Source of the DNA: Acidobacteriota bacterium
GTDB lineage: Bacteria; Acidobacteriota; UBA6911
NCBI GenBank assembly: GCA_963664705.1
Contig: OY761556.1
Coordinates: forward strand, 1,216,001-1,280,000
Direction: 5' to 3'
DNA length: 64,000 nt
Shown here piece by piece: positions 56,273 through 64,000 of the stretch. The notes below the pieces were generated by a model. The model worked only from the letters and a program-made list of their open reading frames with translations. It was not told where the DNA came from and did not search any database. Made by a program: the position numbers and the translations under genes. The number at the start of each line of letters is the position of its first letter. Position 1 is the first letter of the stretch.

Positions 56273-57348
56273 CGAAACTCCTCTACCGTCTTCTTCAATA
56301 TGGTCACGAACGCCTCCGCTTCCGCGATTGTTGTGGACTGAACGGCCACCAGCAGCGGGAAATCCGGCGGTTCATCGATTTTGATGGCATCCTTCTCCGT
56401 AACGATCAAACTCGCTGCTCCCGTTTTTTGGGCCAGATCCCGGCAGCGCCGCCAGTCCTTTAGCCCCAGCCGATGATGATCCGTGAAAAAGGATGATCCC
56501 GTCAATGGGATCCCGATCTGCTCGACGTCACGCCGGAATCTTTCCGGATTTCCGAGTGCGCCGACCAGGTAAGCTGAGCGAAGGCCGGTGCTCTTTGCCT
56601 GAAATTCCATCCCGGAGGGGACACCCTTCAATCCGCGCCACCGTTCAAATGGAACAAGCCATTGAATCGATTGAGTGCAGTGGAAAATCGTTGCGCTGAC
56701 TCCTAGGCGCCTGATTTCCGCTTCCAGGCCCGCGCTCGCGGCTGATCCGACCGGACCGTTCAGGACAATAATATCGCTTCGGCGCAATCCCTGGATGGGT
56801 TCGCGCAGAGTTCCCCGGGGGAATACTCGATCGGCTGCCAGCGGACGGCTCCCGTCAATTACCGCGATGTTCAGATCCCGGCGCAGCTTTCTGTGCTGGA
56901 ATCCATCGTCGAGCAGAAAAATAACGCCAGGGTGCATTCGGGCGATCCGGCTGCCCGCCGTGAAACGGTCTTTGCATATCCCCATCCAGGAGGAGACGGC
57001 GTGGCGTCGAATAAGAGCCGGTTCATCCCCGATCCCCAGCGCCGCGGAAGGGATGGCCTCTCCCGGCCGCAGGATATGCAGGCTGCCGGGCTTCCTTCTT
57101 CCATGGCCGCGCGTGAGAATGGCCGGATCTAATCCCAGACTGGAGAGCAGCCCGGCAATGTGGATGACCAGCGGAGTTTTTCCCGTGCCTCCCAGCGTCA
57201 TGTTCCCGACACTGATGACAGGCCGGGGTAAACGGTTTTGCGCCAGGAGGGCTGATGAATACAGCCGGTTTCTCGCGCGGATGATTGCCTCGTACAGCAG
57301 GCCTGGAATGTAAACTGCCGGCGCAAGCGCCGTCGGGACTCTATACAT
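56269..57348 (-). CDS. lpxK: Tetraacyldisaccharide 4'-kinase
   Basis: VISVGN.T.GGTGKTP, GDEP, LDDGFQH, P.G.LREP, TEKDA.K. Confidence 0.93.
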   Translation of the reverse strand: MYRVPTALAPAVYIPGLLYEAIIRARNRLYSSALLAQNRLPRPVISVGNMTLGGTGKTPLVIHIAGLLSSLGLDPAILTRGHGRRKPGSLHILRPGEAIPSAALGIGDEPALIRRHAVSSWMGICKDRFTAGSRIARMHPGVIFLLDDGFQHRKLRRDLNIAVIDGSRPLAADRVFPRGTLREPIQGLRRSDIIVLNGPVGSAASAGLEAEIRRLGVSATIFHCTQSIQWLVPFERWRGLKGVPSGMEFQAKSTGLRSAYLVGALGNPERFRRDVEQIGIPLTGSSFFTDHHRLGLKDWRRCRDLAQKTGAASLIVTEKDAIKIDEPPDFPLLVAVQSTTIAEAEAFVTILKKTVEEFR

Positions 57349-57408
57349 GACGGAACAGGGTATCACAAAATCACGGCAAAACCTGCACGGCAAACCTGCA
57401 ACTTATAT

Positions 57409-57446
57409 ATTGTATATTTAGTCTTTTCTCTGCATAATTATCGACT
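57409..57446 (+). promoter_or_regulatory. Tandem ARG boxes upstream of argR
   Basis: TGTATATTTAGTCT (57411-57424) and TGCATAATTATCGA (57431-57444) resemble TGAATAAWWATNCA. Confidence 0.6.
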
Positions 57447-57448
57447 CT

Positions 57449-57895
57449 ATGATATCGAAAAAGGCAAGACAGGGAAGAATTCTGGAGATTATACGAAAAC
57501 GCCTGGTGCGCAGCCAGGAAGAACTCTCATCTCTTTTGAAAAAGGAGGGGGCGGAAGTTACGCAATCCACCCTTTCCAGGGATATCCGGGAATTGGGATT
57601 GGTTAAAGTACGCGGCAGCTACCAGACGTCGGGAGAGCTCCAGTCGGTGCCCCCTGCCGACGACGTGCTGCGACGCGCTTTCGGGCAGTATGTGATCCGC
57701 ACGGATGTTTCCGGGAACATGGTGGTGCTCAGAACCTCCCCCGGGAATGCGCATTCCGTCGGAGTGGTGCTGGATGCCGCACAGTGGCCGGAGGTTCTGG
57801 GGACGGTTGCGGGAGATGACACTATCTTTGTTCTTTTGCGCAGCGATCGTTTGGGGAAAAAGGTGTTGGGAAGAATTCGGGGGTTATCGGAATGA
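57449..57895 (+). CDS. argR: Arginine repressor
   Basis: SQEEL, VTQSTLSRDI.EL, GTVAGDDT. Confidence 0.96.
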   Translation: MISKKARQGRILEIIRKRLVRSQEELSSLLKKEGAEVTQSTLSRDIRELGLVKVRGSYQTSGELQSVPPADDVLRRAFGQYVIRTDVSGNMVVLRTSPGNAHSVGVVLDAAQWPEVLGTVAGDDTIFVLLRSDRLGKKVLGRIRGLSE

Positions 57896-58917
57896 AAAAG
57901 CGGGTTGGAGTTGTCGGGGTTAGCGGATATGCGGGGCTGGAGCTCATCAAGTTCCTCCTGCAGCATCCGGGAGTTGAGTTTGCTGCGGCCATGGATGCGA
58001 GCGAAATCGGAGAGAAGCCGCTGCACGAAGTGCATCCGCGCCTGCGCGGGTTCAGCAGTCTGATTACCTTTGCCCCCGATCCGGAGCGCGTTGCGGATCT
58101 CGGGCTGGACACCGTTTTTCTCTGTACCCCGGACAAGGTCTCCTATGATCTGGTTCCCAAGTTTATGCAGCTGGGCATCCGTGTCATCGATTTCAGCGGA
58201 GCTTTTCGCCTCAAAGAAGCCGAGAGCTACCCTTCGTGGTACGGGTTCCAGCACGCAAACCCCGAGATGCTGAATGCAGCCGTCTACGGTCTTGCCGAGT
58301 GGAATACCAAGGCGATCGCTTCCGCAAAGCTGATTGCTAATCCGGGATGCTATCCTACTTCCGTGACACTGGCGCTGCTGCCGCTGGCAAAGGCCGGAAT
58401 GCTGGAAGTGGGATCCGACATTTATTGCGACTCGAAGTCCGGAGTGACCGGCGCCGGGCGCGGGGCCAAGACAGAGCTCATGTTCTCCGAAGTTTCGGAC
58501 AACTTCCGACCCTATAACCCGATCAAGCATCGCCATGCTCCCGAGATGTGCCAGGAACTGCAGTGGGATCTGAATAATTTTACTTTTGTTCCGCACCTGC
58601 TCCCCACGAATCGCGGAATTATTTCCACGATGTATGTGCGGCTGCAGAATCCAACGAGCTCGGCTGAGATTGAGGCCGAATATGTCAAGCGATATGCCGG
58701 CCGGCCCTTTGTCCGGATCCTCGGCAATACGCAGTTGCCGGAATTGCGCTCGGTCGCGCACACCAATTTCTGCGATGTCGCCTGGCGCCTGACCCAGGGT
58801 GGACGGCGGGCCGTCATTTTTTCGGCCATTGACAATCTCGGGAAGGGAGCCGCCGGGCAAGCCCTGCAAAATTTCAATATCATGCACGGCCTTAAAGAAA
58901 CCACGGGCCTGATTTGA
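57892..58917 (+). CDS. argC: N-acetyl-gamma-glutamyl-phosphate reductase
   Basis: G.SGYAG.EL, ANPGCYPT, SGVTGAG, IDNLGKGAAGQA. Confidence 0.96.
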   Translation: MKKRVGVVGVSGYAGLELIKFLLQHPGVEFAAAMDASEIGEKPLHEVHPRLRGFSSLITFAPDPERVADLGLDTVFLCTPDKVSYDLVPKFMQLGIRVIDFSGAFRLKEAESYPSWYGFQHANPEMLNAAVYGLAEWNTKAIASAKLIANPGCYPTSVTLALLPLAKAGMLEVGSDIYCDSKSGVTGAGRGAKTELMFSEVSDNFRPYNPIKHRHAPEMCQELQWDLNNFTFVPHLLPTNRGIISTMYVRLQNPTSSAEIEAEYVKRYAGRPFVRILGNTQLPELRSVAHTNFCDVAWRLTQGGRRAVIFSAIDNLGKGAAGQALQNFNIMHGLKETTGLI

Positions 58918-58920
58918 AGA

Positions 58921-58984
58921 GCAGTGGCAGTGGGCAGCGGGCGACGTTTGATCGCACCAACCTACTGCCCGCTGCCCTGCTGCC
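58921..58984. repeat. Heptamer-periodic inverted repeat between argC and argB
   Basis: gcagtg-gcagtgg-gcagcgg / tactgcc-cgctgcc-ctgctgcc. Confidence 0.6.
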
Positions 58985-58997
58985 GGAAGGAGTAGAC

Positions 58998-59792
58998 GTG
59001 AGACTTACAGTCAAATTGGGCGGAAGCATTCTGGAGGATATAGGCATCCGGAGGCATATCCTGACGCAGATCGCGAAAATTGCGGCCGAGGGACATGAGG
59101 TCATTCTGGTGCATGGCGGCGGAAAGAGCCTGAATCGACGGCTTTCCCAGATGCAAATGACTTCGCAGTTCGTCGAGGGATTGCGGGTAACGGACGCGGA
59201 GACGCTGGGCGTTGCCGTCATGGTGCTGGCGGGAGAAGTGAACAAGAAAATTGTCGCCGAACTGGGCAGCCTTGGAACCAAGGCTCTCGGGATCTGCGGC
59301 GCGGACGCCAATGCCGTCCGTTGTATTTCGGTGGATGGTTTGCCGGGTTTTCCCGCCGGAATCGGTTATGTCGGAAAACCGGTCGAGGTGAATGCCGGCT
59401 TCTTTGAACTGCTTTTCGGCTATGGACTGGTGCCTGTCGTATCCAGCATCGCGGTGGGCCCGGATTCCCAGATGTACAATATCAACGCCGATCAGATGGC
59501 CTCGGCCTGTGCTGCCGGTACCCGATGTACCTCCCTGATCTATCTTACCGACGTGCCGGGTGTCAGGGACGAGCAGGGAAAGGTGATGGATGAGCTCGGA
59601 GAATCCGAGATCATGGACATGCGTTCCAAGGGGATTTTGTCCGGAGGAATGCTGCCGAAGACGTCATCCTGCCTGGAAGCCCTGAAAACCGGAGTCGGCT
59701 CTGTATTGATTTTGCCCGGTTCCAGTCCGGATATATTAACCAGATTTGCGGGTGGAAACCTTAAGGAAGGAACAAAAATCCATGCACATTAG
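58998..59792 (+). CDS. argB: Acetylglutamate kinase
   Basis: GTG after AGGAG; VKLGG, VHGGG, GLRVTD, NINAD, GGMLPK. Confidence 0.95.
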   Translation: MRLTVKLGGSILEDIGIRRHILTQIAKIAAEGHEVILVHGGGKSLNRRLSQMQMTSQFVEGLRVTDAETLGVAVMVLAGEVNKKIVAELGSLGTKALGICGADANAVRCISVDGLPGFPAGIGYVGKPVEVNAGFFELLFGYGLVPVVSSIAVGPDSQMYNINADQMASACAAGTRCTSLIYLTDVPGVRDEQGKVMDELGESEIMDMRSKGILSGGMLPKTSSCLEALKTGVGSVLILPGSSPDILTRFAGGNLKEGTKIHAH

Positions 59793-61005
59793 CTATGACG
59801 TGCCCAAACCGGAAGAGATCCAGTCTCTGGAAGAACAATACCTCTTTGCCACTTATAAACGAGCCGAGCTGTATTGCGAGCGCGGCTCCGGACCCTATGT
59901 TTATGATCTGAACGGCAAAAGGTACCTCGATTTTCTCGGCGGCATTTCGGTAAATTCCTTGGGATACAACCACCCCCGCCTGATGAAGGTCCTGCTTGAA
60001 CAGGGGCAGCGCATGATCCACTGCTCCAATCTTTTCTACAACCCGTACCAGGGAATGCTGGCGAAGCGGCTTGTCGAGAAGTCCGGATTGTCCCGGGCGT
60101 TCTTTACGAACAGCGGCACGGAAGCGATTGAAGCAGCGCTCAAAGTGTCGCGCGCCTACGGGCGTGCCAAAGGAGGCGACGGTAAGTCCGTGCTCCTGAC
60201 TCTCAAAAATTCCTTTCACGGCAGAACGTTTGGAGCACTCAGCATCACGACGCAGGAGAAGTACCAGGCGCCCTTCCGGCCACTGGTCCCGGATGTCGAA
60301 ATCGTGGAGGCTCTGACCGTATCGGCCCTGGAAAAGGCGTTTTCCGATCGCGTGTGCGCGCTTGTCCTGGAACCGATCCAGGGCGAAGGCGGCATTGTCC
60401 CGCTCCCGCTGGAGTTCATGAAAGCCGCACGAAGCCTGTGCGACAAATATGATGCGGTGCTGGTTGTGGACGAAATTCAGTCCGGGCTTGGACGCACGGG
60501 AAAATTTTTCGCTTTCGAGCACTTCGATATCAAGCCGGATGTCATGACGCTGGCCAAATCGCTGGCTGCAGGATATCCGCTCGGCGCCATGCTGGGCAGC
60601 GCCCGGGTCGCGGAATGCTTGAAGCCGGGAGATCATGGCACAACGTTCGGCGGCGGTCCTCTCGCCTGCAGGCTGGCACTGGAAGTTTTGGATATTATTG
60701 ATGATGAGAAGCTGCTCGCCCGGGTTGAACAGATGGGCGACTATCTCATGGAAGGGCTCCAGAAACTGGCGTCGCGCTATCCCGTGATCACCGAGGTTCG
60801 AGGCATGGGGTTGATGATTGGCGCGGAACTCGGAAGCATTGCCAAGGATGTCGTGGAAAGACTGCTGAAGAAAGGATTCATCGCAAACGCGGCGCATGAT
60901 ACCGTATTGAGATTGCTGCCTCCGTTCATCATCGGTGTACAGGACGTCGATGATTTCCTGGCCGCCTTGGGCCAGATCCTGAAAGAGATTACTCAGAAGA
61001 ACTGA
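59782..61005 (+). CDS. argD: Acetylornithine aminotransferase
   Basis: NSGTEA.EAA.K, FHGRT, EPIQGEGG, DEIQSGLGRTG, AKSL, HGTTFGG. Confidence 0.93.
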   Translation: MHISYDVPKPEEIQSLEEQYLFATYKRAELYCERGSGPYVYDLNGKRYLDFLGGISVNSLGYNHPRLMKVLLEQGQRMIHCSNLFYNPYQGMLAKRLVEKSGLSRAFFTNSGTEAIEAALKVSRAYGRAKGGDGKSVLLTLKNSFHGRTFGALSITTQEKYQAPFRPLVPDVEIVEALTVSALEKAFSDRVCALVLEPIQGEGGIVPLPLEFMKAARSLCDKYDAVLVVDEIQSGLGRTGKFFAFEHFDIKPDVMTLAKSLAAGYPLGAMLGSARVAECLKPGDHGTTFGGGPLACRLALEVLDIIDDEKLLARVEQMGDYLMEGLQKLASRYPVITEVRGMGLMIGAELGSIAKDVVERLLKKGFIANAAHDTVLRLLPPFIIGVQDVDDFLAALGQILKEITQKN

Positions 61006-61019
61006 TTGAGAGGGGCGCC

Positions 61020-61532
61020 ATGTCCGACCAAGCCTCGCTGCATTCCATCGATCCGGCACCGTGCACAGAGCCTGTGGTCCGAAAGGCCCGGCTGTCGGAT
61101 GTCAATGACATGTTCCGTATTATCAATCACTATGCGGAAATGCAGTTGATGCTCCCGAAAACGCAGCTGCAGCTTTACGAAAACCTGCGTGATTACAGCA
61201 TCGTGACGGAATCTTCGGATCCGACGCGCGTGTTGGCATGTGGCGCCCTTCATATTTACTGGGAGAATCTTGCGGAAGTCCGCGCAGTCGCCGTGGCTCC
61301 CGGGATAACCCGCAAAGGCATTGGAACCCTTCTCGTGGAACAGCTTCTCGAAGAGGCGCGCGAACTCGAGATCGAACAGGTTTTTGTGTTTACGTATGAA
61401 CCCAGGTTTTTCGGGCGTTTCGGTTTTATCCAGGTGGAGCACCGGACCATGCCGTTGAAGGTATACAACGAGTGCTTCCACTGTCCCAAGTTCAACAAAT
61501 GCGATGAACTCGCTATGGTATTGCACCTATGA
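61020..61532 (+). CDS. argA: Short GNAT N-acetylglutamate synthase-like acetyltransferase
   Basis: ACGALH..WE.LAEVR..AV, KGIG, C..CPKF..CDE; inside the arg operon. Confidence 0.8.
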   Translation: MSDQASLHSIDPAPCTEPVVRKARLSDVNDMFRIINHYAEMQLMLPKTQLQLYENLRDYSIVTESSDPTRVLACGALHIYWENLAEVRAVAVAPGITRKGIGTLLVEQLLEEARELEIEQVFVFTYEPRFFGRFGFIQVEHRTMPLKVYNECFHCPKFNKCDELAMVLHL

Positions 61533-62773
61533 AATCTCAGAAGAGCCGTTCGAAGACATCCTCCAGCACCGGTTGGCGTATCGTGGAAGGAGGAATCACC
61601 GCACCCCAGGGTTATCTCGCATCCGGAGTATCGGCAGGAGTCAAAAAGAAAGGGTTGGACCTGGCGGTTATTTTTTCCTCCCAGCCGGCTTCTGCTGCCG
61701 GCGTTTTTACTCTGAACCAGGTACAGGCTGCCCCGGTCCTGCTGAGCAAGGAGAATCTGAAACTGTCTCGCGGCCGCGCCCGTGCCATCCTGATCAATGC
61801 CGGGTGCGCGAATGCCTGCACCGGCGAACAGGGAATGAAGGATGCCGTGATCACCACGCGGTGCCTCGCCTCCCACCTCGAAGTGGATCCGGCGCAGATT
61901 CTCGTAGCCAGCACAGGCGTTATTGGAGCCTTTCTCCCCGTTCCGAAAGTCATGAAAGGAATCGCCAGTGCCGTTTCCGCTCTGAACTCGCAGGGCAGCG
62001 GCGCCGCAGTGCGCGCCATCATGACCACCGATACGCAGGAAAAATTTATCGCGGTTGAAGGGCGTATCGGGGGAAAGACCGTTCGGATTGGCGGGATTGC
62101 CAAAGGCTCCGGGATGATTCATCCCAACATGGCGACTATGCTCGGATTCATCACGACCGATGTTCAGCTGTCCCCGCGTGAACTGGGGAAGATGCTGCGC
62201 CGCGTCACCGACTATACCTTCAACTGCCTTACCGTTGACGGGGATACCTCCACGAATGACACCGTTTTTGCGATGGCCAATGGCGCCTCCGGCGCCTCCC
62301 TGGATGACAGCCGGTCCGCCTCCATGTTTGAAAAAGGACTGGCCATCGTCTGCGCGGAACTGGCCAAGAGTATTGCCAGGGACGGTGAGGGTGCGACCAA
62401 GTTTGTCGAGGTTCTTGTCAAAGGCGCTTCCGATTTCGAGTCGGCCCGCGTGATTGGAAAGACGATTGCCAATTCTCCCCTCGTGAAGACGGCATTATAT
62501 GGACAGGAGCTGAACTGGGGCCGGATCCTGTGCGCCGTGGGATACAGCGGTATTCCATTTGACCAGGAGCAGATCGTCCTCAGCCTCAACGGCATCCCTA
62601 TTTTTCGCAATGGTTCTCCCGTTGCCTCCACACGGGCTCGCGCGGAAGAGGCAATCCGGGACAAAGATCTGTTGATTGAGGTCGATCTGGGCGACGGAAA
62701 GGCTTCTGCGCGGATCTGGACCTGCGACCTGAGCCACAAATATGTGGATATTAACGCCAGCTATATTTCGTAA
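61529..62773 (+). CDS. argJ: Ornithine acetyltransferase
   Basis: NAG.ANACTG, STGVIG, IMTTDT, KGSGMIHPNMA|TML, DGDTSTND, DGEGATK. Confidence 0.97.
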   Translation: MKSQKSRSKTSSSTGWRIVEGGITAPQGYLASGVSAGVKKKGLDLAVIFSSQPASAAGVFTLNQVQAAPVLLSKENLKLSRGRARAILINAGCANACTGEQGMKDAVITTRCLASHLEVDPAQILVASTGVIGAFLPVPKVMKGIASAVSALNSQGSGAAVRAIMTTDTQEKFIAVEGRIGGKTVRIGGIAKGSGMIHPNMATMLGFITTDVQLSPRELGKMLRRVTDYTFNCLTVDGDTSTNDTVFAMANGASGASLDDSRSASMFEKGLAIVCAELAKSIARDGEGATKFVEVLVKGASDFESARVIGKTIANSPLVKTALYGQELNWGRILCAVGYSGIPFDQEQIVLSLNGIPIFRNGSPVASTRARAEEAIRDKDLLIEVDLGDGKASARIWTCDLSHKYVDINASYIS

Positions 62774-62800
62774 GCTGACGACTGAGACCGCCGGCCTCTC

Positions 62801-62975
62801 GCCTGATGCCGCATACTATTTGTTCTGAAATCGGCGATGCGAGCGAGGCACCAGGCCCGGAGGGCTGAAAGCGAGTAGCCGGGGGTGAGCGCTTTTTGCG
62901 ACCCCCCGGATTGGATTAGGCCAGTAACAAGCCCCGATGGGCGGCAGAATGCCGATCGTTCGCTCCCTTCGGAGC
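62801..62975. repeat. ~170-bp intergenic repeat, family A copy 2
   Basis: Shares gcct.atgccgcatact...gagggc.gaaagcgagtagccgggggtga...cccccggattgg.ttag.ccagtaacaagcccc with copy 1. Confidence 0.85.
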
Positions 62976-63023
62976 GGATATGCATCGCGCCTCAAGTTCC
63001 TTGGCTAAATAGTATGTGACATT

Positions 63024-63047
63024 GGCCGGAACGGCGGCGCTCCCGGT
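63024..63047 (-). repeat. Half copy of REP-like family B
   Basis: Reverse complement ACCGGGAGCGCCGCCGTTCCGGCC matches 5021-5044. Confidence 0.6.
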
Positions 63048-63049
63048 GG

Positions 63050-63850
63050 CTACCGAATCAACAGCCTGTAGATGGGAATCAGCATCCGCAGAATCGCTCC
63101 AGCCTTCGCCGAGTAGTGCTTGGCATAAAAATACTGCAGGCTCGCGTAATAATGCTTCCGGCGCTCTTTCGAATCCTGCAGGCTCGCTCCTCCCAGATGC
63201 GTCACCGCAATGTGCGGCGCATACATAACCTCCCAACCCTCCTGCCTCAGCCGAAGACAAAGGTCGTTGTCTTCAAAATACATGAAGATCCGTTCATCGA
63301 AACCGCCGACCTGCTCGAATGCCGATCTTCGGACCAGGAGACAGGTACCGGAAACCCAGTCTACCGTCTGGCCGATAGATGTTTCCCAGTCGTGAAGAGG
63401 CTGACGCATGCCGGTGCGGGCGCAGGCGCGGGCGAAGAGATAGGAAAGAGTCGGGTCGTTACCAAAGGAAAAAGGCTGCGCCTTGCCGTCCGGTTGCAGC
63501 AGCCGGGGGCTGCATGCCGCGCGTCGGGAGGCGTCCTGCGACACGGCCCACAACCCGTCGATCGTATCGGCGCGGAGAATCGCGTCGCTGTTGAGAAACA
63601 GCAGGTAATTCCCGGTCGCAGCGCGCACGCCGGCATTGTTGGCACGGGCATATCCCTGGTTTTCAATCTGTCGGATGACCTGCACTTCCGGAAACTGAGC
63701 TTCTACCATGGCCATGCTTCCGTCCGTGGAACCATTGTCGACGACAATCACTTCGCAATGTGTCGCATGAGCCCTGACGGATGCCAGGCACTGCAGGAGC
63801 AAATCTCTGGTATTCCAATTCACGATAATGATGGAAATGCGAGGATTCAC
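63050..63850 (-). CDS. GT2 family glycosyltransferase (WbbL/rhamnosyltransferase-like)
   Basis: IIIVNWN, VVDNGSTDGS, N.GYARANN, LNSD, FDE..FMYFED.DLC.R. Confidence 0.9.
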   Translation of the reverse strand: MNPRISIIIVNWNTRDLLLQCLASVRAHATHCEVIVVDNGSTDGSMAMVEAQFPEVQVIRQIENQGYARANNAGVRAATGNYLLFLNSDAILRADTIDGLWAVSQDASRRAACSPRLLQPDGKAQPFSFGNDPTLSYLFARACARTGMRQPLHDWETSIGQTVDWVSGTCLLVRRSAFEQVGGFDERIFMYFEDNDLCLRLRQEGWEVMYAPHIAVTHLGGASLQDSKERRKHYYASLQYFYAKHYSAKAGAILRMLIPIYRLLIR

Positions 63851-63999
63851 GTCGGCCGCCTTGAGCTGTCTGATGAATAGTCCTTACCATACTGAAGACC
63901 TGATTCAAAGGCAATGTCTTCGTGCTTAACCGGCAACATGAAGGCTTCCCGTGCACTGGGAAGCCTTGGAGAAAATGAGCCTCCGCCGCGCATCCATGG
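63847..63999 (-). CDS. 3' end of an upstream CDS (partial, product unknown)
   Basis: Frame is open from the window end and stops at a TGA overlapping the GT2 GTG (GTGA coupling). Confidence 0.45.
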   Translation of the reverse strand, partial: PWMRGGGSFSPRLPSAREAFMLPVKHEDIAFESGLQYGKDYSSDSSRRPT

Positions 64000-64000
64000 G

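Overview
Core-genome window of a moderately GC-rich diderm bacterium, most likely Acidobacteriota (inferred from the short PheT, the tonB-exbB-exbD-exbD-TPR block after secDF, bsh genes and a split hldA/hldC). In order it holds: partial menG/ubiE; a type IV minor-pilin/pilD cluster interrupted by an oppositely oriented trpD; TolC and an M48 protease; nnr-tsaE-bshC-like-bshB1; an EPS priming glycosyltransferase; a secreted zincin; an MdlAB-type exporter; mltG-ruvX; an S41-like protein; tRNA-Val-thrS-infC-rpmI-rplT-pheST-zapBA; 6S RNA-ymdB; uvrA; tgt-yajC-secDF; tonB/exbBDD/TPR; rel; ridA; rpmB; an SDR; recA; RNase P RNA; LPS core genes; and argRCBD-argA-argJ. I found no transposase, integrase, prophage, CRISPR or defence system. 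The most notable items are two apparent pseudo-enzymes (a BshC-like protein and an S41-like protein lacking conserved or catalytic residues), a ~245-nt structured spacer inside the exbD-exbD operon, a ThrRS with an internal TGS deletion, a near-consensus promoter covered by tandem palindromic operators upstream of an orphan secreted zincin, several probable leaderless genes, and three families of non-coding repeats. All functional calls rest on motif recognition by eye, not on database searches. Several start codons were adjusted relative to the ORF track.
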